Shown: one piece after another, positions 10,078-20,067 of the stretch
How the letters are laid out: each line of letters starts with the position of its first letter
Numbering within the stretch: the stretch's first letter is position 1
Source of the DNA: an uncultured Thermodesulfobacteriota bacterium
GTDB lineage: Bacteria > Desulfobacterota > GWC2-55-46 > JADFVP01
Assembly: GCA_964474975.1 (NCBI GenBank)
Contig: CAYYUX010000002.1
Span: forward strand, 6,958-70,957
Direction: 5' to 3'
DNA: 64,000 nucleotides
Position numbers and translations under genes: made by a program
The notes under the pieces: generated by a model
What the model was told of the DNA's origin: nothing
The model's input: the letters and a program-made list of their open reading frames with translations, nothing else
Databases searched by the model: none

Positions 10078-11121
10078 CTATATCCTCATGAACCCCGTTA
10101 TCAGGATATTCACAAGAGAAATTGGTATTAAAATCTTCCAGCCTATGTTCATAAGCTGGTCATATCTGTATCTTGGCAGAGTAAACCTTACCCACATGAA
10201 GATATAGATAAATACCGCGGTCTTCAAGACAAACCAGAAGACCCAGATAAAGGCCACTGGCACTAATGGAATCTCTATATTCACAGGAGCGTTCCATCCC
10301 CCGAAAAAGAGTACCACGGAAAGCACGGAGATGCTGACAAGGGCGATATACTCAGCGAGCATGAAGAATGAGAATCTCATGCCGCTGTACTCTGTATGGA
10401 AACCCGCGGCCAGCGTACCCTCATCCTCTGCAAGGTCAAAGGGTATACGGTTTATCTCCGCCGTGCCTGCGATAATAAAGATAAAAAACCATATCGGCCC
10501 AACGGGCAGATAGAAAAAATTCCAGTTCCAGAAGCCACCTGCCTGCGTACGCACAATATCGACAAGACTAAGTGAATTTGACATCATAACAACGCCAACG
10601 GCGGCAAAAGAGAGCCCTAGCTCGTAGCTAATCATCTGCGCCGCGCTACGGAGCCCGCCAAGGAGGGCGTACTTACTGTTGGAGGCCCAGCCGCCGAATA
10701 TCATGCCGTATATGCCAAGGCCGCCTATGGCCAGCACATAGAGGAGCCCCACGTTCATATCCGTAACGTAGAGGTTCATCTCCCAGCCCACAAAAGGCAC
10801 TGTCCATGTATCGCCGAGGGGTATGGCCACAAAGACGGCAAAGGCAGGGACCATGGCGATAAGAGGCGCGAGCTTGAAGAGAAACTTATCGGCCTTATCA
10901 GGGACGATATCCTCTTTCAAGAGGAGTTTGACCGTATCGGCAAGGGGCTGTAGTATGCCATGAGGCCCCACCCTGAAGGGGCCGAGACGGGCATGAATAT
11001 GTCCGGCCACTTTTCTCTCAATCCATGTAAGCGGCATGGGCAGGGAAAAGAGTATCATGGTGAGAATTCCTACCTTTATCACCAGGACCAGGACCGTCAA
11101 TATAAGTGTTGTATCTATCAT
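10078..11121 (-). CDS. nuoH: NADH-quinone oxidoreductase subunit H
   Basis: 347 aa. The NuoH/ND1 family motif AEGESELVAG appears in variant form (AEDEGTLAAG). Confidence 0.9.
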   Translation of the reverse strand: MIDTTLILTVLVLVIKVGILTMILFSLPMPLTWIERKVAGHIHARLGPFRVGPHGILQPLADTVKLLLKEDIVPDKADKFLFKLAPLIAMVPAFAVFVAIPLGDTWTVPFVGWEMNLYVTDMNVGLLYVLAIGGLGIYGMIFGGWASNSKYALLGGLRSAAQMISYELGLSFAAVGVVMMSNSLSLVDIVRTQAGGFWNWNFFYLPVGPIWFFIFIIAGTAEINRIPFDLAEDEGTLAAGFHTEYSGMRFSFFMLAEYIALVSISVLSVVLFFGGWNAPVNIEIPLVPVAFIWVFWFVLKTAVFIYIFMWVRFTLPRYRYDQLMNIGWKILIPISLVNILITGFMRI

Positions 11122-11185
11122 ATTCTATCGTCCAAAAAATATTTTAAAAAGGGCCGTAAAAGGCACTCCGCAAGACCGCTTCGCC

Positions 11186-11662
11186 TCAGTTAAACCTCTT
11201 CCTGCCCCACATGTAGTTTATCATCTCCATATACCGCGAGTTCATGCCGCGGACTATGGCGTGTATGGTAAAGACTATATTTTTCATCAGCTTATAAACT
11301 ATCCAGGGATGACCCTCTATGATGGTCTCGAAGTCTTTCCTGCTTATGACATAGACCTTGAGGTCGGAGATGGCTACGATGGTAGACGTATGGGGCCTGC
11401 CGTCAAGAAAACTCATCTCGCCAAATATCTCTCCTTCTCTCATAATGGTAAGCGTAAATAGCTCTCCGTCAGGGGCTGTCTTGCAGGCCTTGACCTCGCC
11501 TTTTTTTATTATATATATTGATTGACCGTCTTCTGCTTCCTTGAATACAGTATCGCCGAGATTATAACTCGCCTTGCGCGTCACACCGGCGACGACCTTA
11601 ACTTCGTCATCTGTGAGGTCGGCAAAAAACTTCTGCTCTCTTAAGAGTTCAGGATCTATCAT
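11186..11662 (-). CDS. stand-alone cyclic-nucleotide-binding (cNMP) domain protein with no DNA-binding domain, embedded in the nuo operon
   Basis: 158 aa. It has a cNMP-binding beta-roll with the FGEMSFLDGRPHTSTIVA motif. It is too short for a CRP/FNR regulator and has no helix-turn-helix domain. It sits between nuoG and nuoH. Confidence 0.8.
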   Translation of the reverse strand: MIDPELLREQKFFADLTDDEVKVVAGVTRKASYNLGDTVFKEAEDGQSIYIIKKGEVKACKTAPDGELFTLTIMREGEIFGEMSFLDGRPHTSTIVAISDLKVYVISRKDFETIIEGHPWIVYKLMKNIVFTIHAIVRGMNSRYMEMINYMWGRKRFN

Positions 11663-11873
11663 GGCACACTCCCCGCTCCGGTAAAAAAAGGGTTTCTTTA
11701 ACTACTGCACTATGAAAAACTCTATATCAATGTTTCCCGATCATTTGCACCCCGCCGCTATTCCAACGCCCTGCCACAGCCGAGTCCCCAAGACACCCCC
11801 CGCCCCCCCTCACGCCCTCTATTAGTCCATACAAGCCAAAAAAAACGCCCCCGAAGTTCCCGCCCGCCGGGAA

Positions 11874-14402
11874 TTAGTGCTTTTTCAGTCTCACCACCGG
11901 GACTGAGACGCCTTCGGAAAAAAACCGTCCCACAGAGACGCCGGGGAATAACTCCGGTATAAACGCCACGCCATCTCTCATGCCTTTTCTGAGCTTTACA
12001 GGCAATATTACCTCATACCTCTTGCCGCTAACGGAGACTTCTTCGCCCCCGGCAACACCGAGCGCCTTTCCATCGGCCTCGCTTATCTCTACAAATGCGC
12101 CCTTCTGCAACTCGGAAAGCGTAGGCGAGCGGTGTGAAAGCGACCCTGAATGAAAGAGGCTGTTACCTGTTGTGAGGAAAAACTCTCCTGCCTCTGTACC
12201 CTTTACAGCGGGCCAGTCAGAGGGTAGCGGCCCCGGTCTGAAGCCGGTCTGCGCCACTCCTGAGAGCGCCTTTCTGTTATCGAGCTTATTGAGTTTATTC
12301 TTTTTATTGTTAAATTCAAGGCTGAGACCGGAATATATGGGGGCCTCAGTTCTTATCTTCCCGAAGACCTGCCTCGCATCCATGGCCTTTTGCGCCGCGC
12401 CGTCGCTGGACAGGGCCGCCATGGCAGAAAATAATATCTTAAGGTCAGCCTTTGCAGAACCCGGAGGACGCTGAAGGCGGCGTATGGCCTGAACACGCCC
12501 CTCCTGATTTGTAAAGGTTCCCTCTTTTTCCGCAGGTAATGCGCCCGGCAGTACGCAGTCCGCAAGCGCCGCAGTCTCTGTCATAAAGGTATCCTGCACC
12601 ACAAGGAATTTCAGATGAGAGAGGGCGTTGCCTGCGTTGGAGCCAAGGGGATAATCCCTTGCCGCATCAAGGCCGATTATATACATGGCGTCTATGGCGC
12701 CGTCCTGAGCCGCAGAGAGCATGGCTCCTGTGCCAAGACCGCCGGCTACAACAGAAGAGTAACCCGGCGCAAGCCCGGGCAGTACTCCCATCTCCCATGC
12801 CCCGCGTTGATTTGCCCTGTCGAGTACGGGCAGTACACGGACTTCTTTTCCAATAGCCCTCAAGAGTTCCGACAAAAGCCCCAGTGCCGGCAACCCGTCG
12901 CCGTGCCTCAATAAATCGGTTCCGGCTGTGAGGCCTATGCTCTCGGAACGCTTAAAACGCTCCACAAGGGCCGTCAGATCTTCGGCGGCAATACCAGCCT
13001 CGTTTAAAAGTATATCGACGTTCAATGCCGTCAATTCTTCGATACGTGAAAACTTCGAGAGTTTTTCTTTATACAACTCGTAAAGAGAAAGGGCCGCGGC
13101 CTTCATAAGGGCGCCAAGCCCGCCGGGCAGATGCCTTATGGTAAGACCGGCAGATGAATCGAGCTTCATATCCCGCGGCGATGCCACGACTACGGCTGTA
13201 CCGCGCTCCGCAGAGATACGGCGGGCAATGTAATCCACTACAGGATTTTCTTCAGACAACTGCGTACCCGCCACAAGGAGGGTATCACAGGCCATTACAT
13301 CAAAGACGCTCACGCCGCCGCCGGGAAGGCCGGCCTCAGAGATATAATTTTCCACCGTAATAGGGTCCCATCTAAGAGAAGAATCCACATGGGGGCTTCC
13401 GAGAGTGGAGCGCATTAGTTTCTGAAATATAAATAGTTCTTCATTCGTCAGCATGGGCGAGGCAATGCCGCCTATTTTCTCTCCCTTTATGCCCTGAAAA
13501 CCCTTTGCCATATAATCAAGGGCCTCGTCCCAGGTGGCGGGCTCCAGTTTGCCGAATTTTCTGATGAGCGGCGTAGTAATCCTCTCCTCGGAGTTGAGAT
13601 AATCGAAGCCGAACCTGCCTCTGGCGCATAGCGTCTCGCTGTTAATCCCTACACCTATCTGAGCCCTTGCCCTTATGACCTCGCCGTTTCTCTCTTCTAC
13701 GACCATCCTGCAACCGGTGGCGCAGTAGGGGCAAACTGTGTCCGCACCTTTAAGGTCCCAAGGCCTTGCTTTATACCTGTAGGGAAGACGCATGAAACAG
13801 CCGACAGGGCATACCTCAATGCAGTTGCCGTCGTGGTCGCAGTCAAGGTAACTCCGTAAAAAACTCGTCTCTTCCTGATGATGACCGCGTCCGAGGGAAG
13901 CGAGGACATTTCTGCCAACCACCTCGTCGCAGACACGCACGCATTTGAGACACTGGACGCACCTGTTGGAATTTTTCACTATTACGGGGCTGAGTATGTA
14001 GTCCTTCTCATGAAAGCGATGCTTTGTCTCGGCGAACCTGCCCGTGGCCGGGCCGTGCTTATAGACCATATCCTGCAACTCGCACTCGCCGCCCTTGTCG
14101 CATACAGGGCAATCCATGGCATGATTGGATAGAAAAAACTCAAGAACCCCCTGCCTTGCCTTGAGTATCTGCGGACTCTCGGTCTGTATCTTCATGCCCT
14201 CAATAACAGGGGTAATGCACGATGGCTGGAGTTTCCTCTGACCCTCTACCTCTACAAGGCACATCCTGCACGAGCCTACGCCCATGAGGTCTGCCTGATA
14301 GCAGAAGGTAGGTATCTCAATACCCGCGCCCCTTGCGGCCTCAAGGATAAGCGTGCCTGCCTTTACGAGCAGTTCTTTGCCATTTACAGTTACTGTTATC
14401 AT
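11874..14402 (-). CDS. nuoG: NADH-quinone oxidoreductase subunit G (75 kDa, molybdopterin-oxidoreductase fold)
   Basis: 842 aa. It has N-terminal 2Fe-2S and 4Fe-4S cysteine clusters (CRMCLVEV, CPVCDKGGEC). Confidence 0.9.
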   Translation of the reverse strand: MITVTVNGKELLVKAGTLILEAARGAGIEIPTFCYQADLMGVGSCRMCLVEVEGQRKLQPSCITPVIEGMKIQTESPQILKARQGVLEFFLSNHAMDCPVCDKGGECELQDMVYKHGPATGRFAETKHRFHEKDYILSPVIVKNSNRCVQCLKCVRVCDEVVGRNVLASLGRGHHQEETSFLRSYLDCDHDGNCIEVCPVGCFMRLPYRYKARPWDLKGADTVCPYCATGCRMVVEERNGEVIRARAQIGVGINSETLCARGRFGFDYLNSEERITTPLIRKFGKLEPATWDEALDYMAKGFQGIKGEKIGGIASPMLTNEELFIFQKLMRSTLGSPHVDSSLRWDPITVENYISEAGLPGGGVSVFDVMACDTLLVAGTQLSEENPVVDYIARRISAERGTAVVVASPRDMKLDSSAGLTIRHLPGGLGALMKAAALSLYELYKEKLSKFSRIEELTALNVDILLNEAGIAAEDLTALVERFKRSESIGLTAGTDLLRHGDGLPALGLLSELLRAIGKEVRVLPVLDRANQRGAWEMGVLPGLAPGYSSVVAGGLGTGAMLSAAQDGAIDAMYIIGLDAARDYPLGSNAGNALSHLKFLVVQDTFMTETAALADCVLPGALPAEKEGTFTNQEGRVQAIRRLQRPPGSAKADLKILFSAMAALSSDGAAQKAMDARQVFGKIRTEAPIYSGLSLEFNNKKNKLNKLDNRKALSGVAQTGFRPGPLPSDWPAVKGTEAGEFFLTTGNSLFHSGSLSHRSPTLSELQKGAFVEISEADGKALGVAGGEEVSVSGKRYEVILPVKLRKGMRDGVAFIPELFPGVSVGRFFSEGVSVPVVRLKKH

Positions 14403-14484
14403 AATCTGTTTATCGTATCCCGTTCTCTCTTACTATTAACTATTACTTTTAAGCTCTCACGCCCGTGGTTCGCCCGGAGCAGGC

Positions 14485-15762
14485 TCAGACCATACAGCCT
14501 TTATGGGCCGCATGATGGAGAAATTCTTCCCTGAAGTTATTAAAAGCGCCCCGTAGCGCCATTACAGCGCCATCGCCGAGTGGACAGAAAGTCCTGCCGA
14601 ATATCTGCTCGCATAGATTGTCAAGAAGATCTATATCGCCGGGCCTTCCCTTGCCGTACTCAAGACGCTCGAGTATCTTAGTGAGCCATATAGTACCCTC
14701 TCTGCATGGCGTGCATTTGCCGCAGGACTCATGGCTGAAAAATCGATTTATTATATAAGCGATTTTAACCATGCAGGTTCCCTCTTCCATCACTACGACG
14801 GCCCCTGAGCCGAGCATAGTACCCTTCGCGCCCATTGAGTCAAAATCCATAGGTGTATCAAGGTCTTCGGGAAGAAGCATGGGCGCGCTAACGCCGCCGG
14901 GTATAACTGCCTTCAGGGGTTTATCTCCCCTCATGCCGCCGCAGTGGTCGTATATAAGCGTTCTCAAAGTAGTACCCATGGGGAGTTCATATAACCCCGG
15001 CTTTTTCACATGGCCGCTCACGCAGTATATCTTCGGCCCCGGGCTCTTTTCCGGGCCCATGGACTTAAACCACTCTGCGCCTTTTTCGATGATGGCAGGT
15101 ATGCAGGCCAGAGTCTCTACGTTGTTAATGACTGTCGGCTTGCCGTAAAGCCCGGCAAGGGCCGGGAAAGGCGGTTTTTTACGCGGCTGGCCACGGCCGC
15201 CTTCAAGGGACTCAAGGAGGGCCGTCTCCTCTCCGCATATATAGGCGCCTGCGCCGCGATGTACATACATATCAAGTGAAAAATCAGAGCCGAATATGTT
15301 TTTACCGAGAAAACCCGCGGCATAGGCCTCGTCAATGGCGGCCTCAAGGCGTCTCGCGCCGAACTCGAACTCGCCCCTGATATAGATGTAGCCTATAGAC
15401 GCGCCGATGGTGTAGCACGTTATCATCATGCCTTCAAGGAGGAGATGTGGGTCATTGTCCATAATCCCCCTGTCCTTGAATGTGCCGGGCTCGCCCTCGT
15501 CGGCGTTGCAACAGAGGTATTTATCAAGCCCAGGGTCTTTTGGGATAAAGCTCCACTTAAGCCCCGCGGGAAAACCCGCTCCGCCGCGGCCGCGTAGACC
15601 GGAGTCTTTTATCTGCTGTATAATATCGTCACGACTGGTCTTCAGTGCTTTACGCACGGCCTTGTAACCGCCGCTCTGCATATAAGACTCTATCTTATAA
15701 GACTCGTGATTATTGATATTTTTTAGTAAGACCTGTTCCAATTCGTCCTGTCCTTTATTCAA
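14485..15762 (-). CDS. nuoF: NADH-quinone oxidoreductase subunit F
   Basis: 425 aa. Contains the GAGAYICGEETAL NADH/FMN motif and a C-terminal 4Fe-4S cluster. Confidence 0.9.
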   Translation of the reverse strand: MNKGQDELEQVLLKNINNHESYKIESYMQSGGYKAVRKALKTSRDDIIQQIKDSGLRGRGGAGFPAGLKWSFIPKDPGLDKYLCCNADEGEPGTFKDRGIMDNDPHLLLEGMMITCYTIGASIGYIYIRGEFEFGARRLEAAIDEAYAAGFLGKNIFGSDFSLDMYVHRGAGAYICGEETALLESLEGGRGQPRKKPPFPALAGLYGKPTVINNVETLACIPAIIEKGAEWFKSMGPEKSPGPKIYCVSGHVKKPGLYELPMGTTLRTLIYDHCGGMRGDKPLKAVIPGGVSAPMLLPEDLDTPMDFDSMGAKGTMLGSGAVVVMEEGTCMVKIAYIINRFFSHESCGKCTPCREGTIWLTKILERLEYGKGRPGDIDLLDNLCEQIFGRTFCPLGDGAVMALRGAFNNFREEFLHHAAHKGCMV

Positions 15763-16225
15763 GACCCGCGAGGATGGCGTCTACCTTTTCGTTAGTAAGG
15801 TCCTCGTAAAAATCGTCGTTTATCTGCATCATCGGCGCCGTACCGCAGGAGCCGAGGCACTCCGCCGTAGAGAGCGTTATCTTGTTATCGCTCGTTGTTT
15901 CACCTGTTTTTATGCCGAGCACATCTTCTAAATGCGCTATTATGGCCTCGGCATCAAGGAGGGCGCAGGATATATTCCTGCATACCTGTATATGGTACCT
16001 GCCCACGGGTTTATCATAATTATACATGGTGTAGAAAGAGGCTACGGCATTGACCTCATGGGGTTTGATACCGAGGATATCCGCTATCTCTTCCATATCG
16101 CCTCTCGTAATATTATTATCGCAGTCCTTCTGCACAAGCATCAGGGCGTCCATTACGGCGCTCTTCTTGTTGTAATACTTGGCCGTCTTCTTGAGAATCT
16201 CTTCTTTAATCCTATCGGTAATCAT
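15755..16225 (-). CDS. nuoE: NADH-quinone oxidoreductase subunit E
   Basis: 156 aa thioredoxin-like 2Fe-2S protein (CxxxxC...CLGSC). Confidence 0.9.
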   Translation of the reverse strand: MITDRIKEEILKKTAKYYNKKSAVMDALMLVQKDCDNNITRGDMEEIADILGIKPHEVNAVASFYTMYNYDKPVGRYHIQVCRNISCALLDAEAIIAHLEDVLGIKTGETTSDNKITLSTAECLGSCGTAPMMQINDDFYEDLTNEKVDAILAGLE

Positions 16226-16264
16226 TTTCAGTAATTCCTGCCAAGAGATATTGTTAACAAAAAA

Positions 16265-17455
16265 CTATTTATCGCACTCGCCGAATACGGGGTCGAGGCT
16301 TGAGAGCGAGGCGATAACATCGGCCATGTAACCGCCTTTGCATAGGTGGTTCATTACCTGCATATTCATAAATGTAGGGACGCGAATCTTAAGCCTGTAT
16401 GGTTTTTCCGTGCCGTCGCTGACTATATACACGCCAAGCTCGCCCTTTGGCGCCTCAACAGAGGCGTAAGCCTCGCCGCGCGGCACACTGAAGCCCTGAG
16501 ATACATATTTAAAATGGTGAATAAGATTTTCCATGTTCTTATAAACGCCGGGCTTTGGAGGCGGCACAATGTGCGGGTCGTCTACTACAAAGGGTCCCTC
16601 GGGCATACGGTCGATGGCCTGCTCGATTATACGAAGAGACTGTTTTATCTCCTCCATCCTCACAAGATACCTGTCCATGCAGTCGCCATTAGAGCCCGTC
16701 GGCACATCAAAATCAAACCTGTCGTAGACAAGATAGGGTTCATTTTTTCTAATATCCCAGTTAACGCCGCTTGCGCGAAGCGCCGGGCCGCTCAGGCCGA
16801 GGTCTATGGCATCTCCGGCACTGATTACGCCCACACCAGTGTTCCTCTCTCTCCAGACCCTGTTTTTATTAAGTATCCTCTCGTACTCGCCGAGCCTCTC
16901 GGGCAATAATTTTATAAGGTCACGGCAGGCGGCGGCACACTCGTCAGTAAAATCATAACGCACGCCCCCGACACGAAGATAGGTAAGGGTCATCCTCGCA
17001 CCGCAGAGCATCTCGAAGATATCAAGGACCATCTCCCTCTCTCGCACGGCATAAAGGAGTATACTCATTGCGCCAAGGTCAACGGCCCAGGCCCCGATGC
17101 CGATGACATGACCGGCTATCCTTGAGAGCTCCGCCGCTATCACCCTTATATAGCTTGCCCGCTCTGGAAGCTCTGTCTCAAGGAGTTTTTCAACGGCCAT
17201 GACATAGGCCAGGTTATTACTCATGGCGCACATATAATCGAGTCTGTCCGTGTAGGGGACGAACTGATGATAGAGCAGGTTCTCGGCTATCTTCTCCGTA
17301 CCCCTGTGCAGATATCCGATATCAGGCTCAGCGCTGATGACCTTCTCGCCCTCAACCTTCAGGACAAGATGAAGCACGCCATGGGTAGAAGGATGCTGAG
17401 GCCCCATATGGACCATCATGTCTTTAGTTTTTATAATATTATCAGGTGTTGTCAT
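16265..17455 (-). CDS. nuoD: NADH-quinone oxidoreductase subunit D
   Basis: 396 aa. 49-kDa subunit signature HRGTEK. Confidence 0.9.
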   Translation of the reverse strand: MTTPDNIIKTKDMMVHMGPQHPSTHGVLHLVLKVEGEKVISAEPDIGYLHRGTEKIAENLLYHQFVPYTDRLDYMCAMSNNLAYVMAVEKLLETELPERASYIRVIAAELSRIAGHVIGIGAWAVDLGAMSILLYAVREREMVLDIFEMLCGARMTLTYLRVGGVRYDFTDECAAACRDLIKLLPERLGEYERILNKNRVWRERNTGVGVISAGDAIDLGLSGPALRASGVNWDIRKNEPYLVYDRFDFDVPTGSNGDCMDRYLVRMEEIKQSLRIIEQAIDRMPEGPFVVDDPHIVPPPKPGVYKNMENLIHHFKYVSQGFSVPRGEAYASVEAPKGELGVYIVSDGTEKPYRLKIRVPTFMNMQVMNHLCKGGYMADVIASLSSLDPVFGECDK

Positions 17456-17540
17456 ATTGATATTTTACCTGTCCTAATGCTTCATCAAAAACGCCGCTGT
17501 AATGTGTCGCTACAAGTTGTTTTTGAAAGATACCGGCCCC

Positions 17541-18044
17541 TTACTCACGTTCCTCGCCGTAGGGGTTGTACTTATCTTTGTAACCCTTCAAGGGGTAGTC
17601 TTTTCTCATGGGAAACCCCTCCCAGTCTTCGGCAAGATAAATGCGCCTGAGGTCGGGATGGTCCGTAAATACTATGCCGAACATATCATAGGCCTCGCGC
17701 TCCGGAAAATTGGCAGAGCGCCAGATATCAGTGACAGAAGGTATCTCCTCGCCCTCACCAAGCCTTACCTTGAGCCTTAATCTCAGATTTGTAAGTGTGG
17801 AATAGAGGTGATATACCACCTCAAAACGAGGCAAACGGTCGAGATAATCCACGCCGGCGATATCAACGAGATAGTTCATCTTGAGGCCTGCGGCCATTTT
17901 CAGATACCCGCAGAGGCCCTTCAAGGCCCTCTTTTCCACAATATGGGTCACCTCGCCCCGAAATACAGTCGTCTCGATAATATCGTCTGTAAAAGTAGAG
18001 ACGACGTGGTCTACGAGCACACTCTTTTTATCTGCGCTAAGCAT
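17541..18044 (-). CDS. nuoC: NADH-quinone oxidoreductase subunit C. The start is trimmed to the ATG that overlaps the nuoB stop as TGATG
   Basis: The ORF-track frame 17541..18152 extends upstream into nuoB. The internal Met (MLSADKK...) at 18044 gives the canonical one-nucleotide stop/start overlap. Confidence 0.8.
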   Translation of the reverse strand: MLSADKKSVLVDHVVSTFTDDIIETTVFRGEVTHIVEKRALKGLCGYLKMAAGLKMNYLVDIAGVDYLDRLPRFEVVYHLYSTLTNLRLRLKVRLGEGEEIPSVTDIWRSANFPEREAYDMFGIVFTDHPDLRRIYLAEDWEGFPMRKDYPLKGYKDKYNPYGEERE

Positions 18045-18649
18045 CAAAAAGTCTTTATCCCCCTCTCCTGCAAGACAAAGGGATGCTCTCTCTTTATCTT
18101 TTCCATAAGCTCCAGAAATCCGTAAAGAAGTGCGTCGGGACGAGGTGGACACCCCGGCACATAAACATCAACGGGTATAACTAAGTCCGAGCCCTGCACA
18201 ACGGCATAAGTATTGTATGGGCCTCCGGCAGAGGCACAGCCGCCCATGGCCACAACCCATCTCGGCTCTGACATCTGGTCATAAAGAGTCCTTACCATAG
18301 GGGCTATCTTCTTTGTCATGGTTCCGGCTACTACCATTACATCGGATTGCCTCGGCGAGGGCCGGAAGACCATGCCCATCCTGTCCGTATCATAACGGGA
18401 ACAGGCGGCACATATCATCTCAATGGCGCAACAGGCAAGACCAAAGGTCATGGGCCATAGAGACGATGCCCTGCCCCAGTTGACAACGCTCTTTGTGACG
18501 GAATTATCCTTCACCGTCTTCAAAAGCGTATTATCGCGGAGGATATCCGTAATAGACTCGAGGCTCGTAAAAAGGGCCACATCCTCCATGGGATTTTTCT
18601 TCAAAGTCATATAAAAACCTCTGTAGCAGTAGGCATCAGACCCATTCAA
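18044..18649 (-). CDS. nuoB: NADH-quinone oxidoreductase subunit B
   Basis: Contains GLACCAIEM and the C-terminal PGCPP motif. The start may instead be the internal MTLKK codon at about 18610. Confidence 0.9.
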   Translation of the reverse strand: MNGSDAYCYRGFYMTLKKNPMEDVALFTSLESITDILRDNTLLKTVKDNSVTKSVVNWGRASSLWPMTFGLACCAIEMICAACSRYDTDRMGMVFRPSPRQSDVMVVAGTMTKKIAPMVRTLYDQMSEPRWVVAMGGCASAGGPYNTYAVVQGSDLVIPVDVYVPGCPPRPDALLYGFLELMEKIKREHPFVLQERGIKTF

Positions 18650-19001
18650 GAGCCCCTTTCACCCATGCGTAGATAAGCCCCAGGGCGAGAATCGCTATAA
18701 AGACGATCATCTCTATGAAGATAAACCCCGAGATGCCTTTATCCGTAAGAAGAGTCGCCCATGGAAAGAGAAAAAGCGTCTCAACGTCAAAGACTATAAA
18801 AAGGATTGCTATTATAAAGTAGTGAATCTGAAAGTGACCGGCATTGGCATCGCCAGTGGGTTCTACACCGCACTCCCAGGGAGCGTTTTTTTCTTTGTAG
18901 GGGTTTTTTGGGCGAAGGAGAGAACTCATAAAGAGTACACCGCAGGCCATGGCGGAGGCCGCCGCCAGCATAATGAGTATCGGCAGATATGCGATAAGCA
19001 T
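18636..19001 (-). CDS. nuoA: NADH-quinone oxidoreductase subunit A
   Basis: 121 aa three-transmembrane protein. It is the first gene of the operon. Confidence 0.9.
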   Translation of the reverse strand: MLIAYLPILIMLAAASAMACGVLFMSSLLRPKNPYKEKNAPWECGVEPTGDANAGHFQIHYFIIAILFIVFDVETLFLFPWATLLTDKGISGFIFIEMIVFIAILALGLIYAWVKGALEWV

Positions 19002-19118
19002 TACTCTCCCCCTGATACATGAAAGGTTTAGACCTGTAACGGACTTTTACCGGAACAACGCCTCCGGGACACTTTATGATTACAATTGTTATACTTTGAT
19101 GTCTTTAAGGGTTCTGGT

Positions 19119-19147
19119 AAGATAAAACAACTGGGCTCCTTTGTCAA
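19119..19147 (-). promoter_or_regulatory. candidate sigma70-type promoter of the nuo operon
   Basis: On the minus strand: TTGACA (19147..19142), a 17-nt spacer, then TATCTT (19124..19119). This sits about 110 nt upstream of the nuoA ATG. Hand-scanned only. Confidence 0.3.
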
Positions 19148-19203
19148 GGTTAAAAAGTCCGCTTCTTACAAAAACATGAAACCGGGACATGGACACCAAA
19201 TAT

Positions 19204-19243
19204 ATATAGCAACATATGTCCCTGCAGACATATGTTGCTATAT
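19204..19243. repeat. 17-bp perfect inverted repeat with a 6-nt spacer (ATATAGCAACATATGTC cctgca GACATATGTTGCTATAT)
   Basis: Read directly from the sequence. It lies 20 bp after the C-N hydrolase stop and about 55 bp upstream of the candidate nuo -35. Confidence 0.85.
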
Positions 19244-19263
19244 GGAATAGGCGGATTGATATA

Positions 19264-20067
19264 TCAGAGGCTGTAGAGGTCCCGCCTCCTGTCCTTGAAA
19301 ATATCATTAAGGCGCGTCGGCCTCTTGACCCTTGCCTTCATGGGATCGATAATAACTGAGGCGGCATCAGCGCCTGAAGAAGGGGCTCGATACAGCACCT
19401 CGCCCTTTGGAGAGACTATCTGGCTCTCGCCGATAAACCTCAGTGGCTCGCCCTTGCGCCTCTTCTCCGAACCCGCCCTGTTGGCCGTAATGGCGTAGAC
19501 ATTGTTCTCAAGGCACCTTGTAATCATGGCGGCCGGGCAATGGGGCAGGACGAGATTAGAAGGGTGGCATATAATATCGGCGCCCTTAAGGGCAAGAATG
19601 CGAGCTACCTCGGGAAAATACCAGTCAAAGCATATCATCATGGCAAGCATAACGCCATTAACCTCATATACGTCAAAGGGGGTATCGCCGGGGGTGAAGA
19701 TATTTTTTTCGCGCCAGAAGAGATGGGCCTTCCTGTAAAGGGCAACAAAACCATCAGGCGAGACAAGGACAGAAGAATTAAAGAGTTTTTTACCTGACTT
19801 TTCAAGTATACCGGCTACAATAATCGTATCTGAAGCCGAGGCAGACTCAATGAGGGATTTTGTCGTCGGCCCCTCGGGGACTTCCTCGGCAAGGGCCATG
19901 GCCTCTGCCTTTGAGCGGAACTGATACCCCGTGGAAAAGAGCTCCGGCAGTACTACAAGCTCTGCCCCAAGGGCCTTTATCTCCTTAACGGCCAGCGCGA
20001 CATTATCGGCAACCTCTCCGAAGACAGGGTCTGTCTGTATAAAACCGGCTCTCATAGTCTTCTTCAT
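19264..20067 (-). CDS. carbon-nitrogen hydrolase (nitrilase/amidohydrolase superfamily)
   Basis: Nitrilase-superfamily E-K-C triad context (VLPELF..., ICFD...). The start is trimmed to MKKTMRAGF (ATG at 20067), which has an AAGGGGGA ribosome-binding site. Confidence 0.8.
   Translation of the reverse strand: MKKTMRAGFIQTDPVFGEVADNVALAVKEIKALGAELVVLPELFSTGYQFRSKAEAMALAEEVPEGPTTKSLIESASASDTIIVAGILEKSGKKLFNSSVLVSPDGFVALYRKAHLFWREKNIFTPGDTPFDVYEVNGVMLAMMICFDWYFPEVARILALKGADIICHPSNLVLPHCPAAMITRCLENNVYAITANRAGSEKRRKGEPLRFIGESQIVSPKGEVLYRAPSSGADAASVIIDPMKARVKRPTRLNDIFKDRRRDLYSL

Noticed and set aside
11826-11873. Clean Rho-independent terminator after nuoG
   Set aside because: A GC-rich segment followed by U8 is present. 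I could not fold a convincing stem of at least 5 bp by hand. It is kept only as a possibility within the nuoG-cNMP spacer finding.
17541-18152. Upstream extension of nuoC (36 codons) overlapping nuoB, and the similar 19-codon extension of the C-N hydrolase ORF (to 20124)
   Set aside because: Internal start codons give canonical TGATG or ribosome-binding-site-supported starts. The extensions are frame read-through, not real N-termini.
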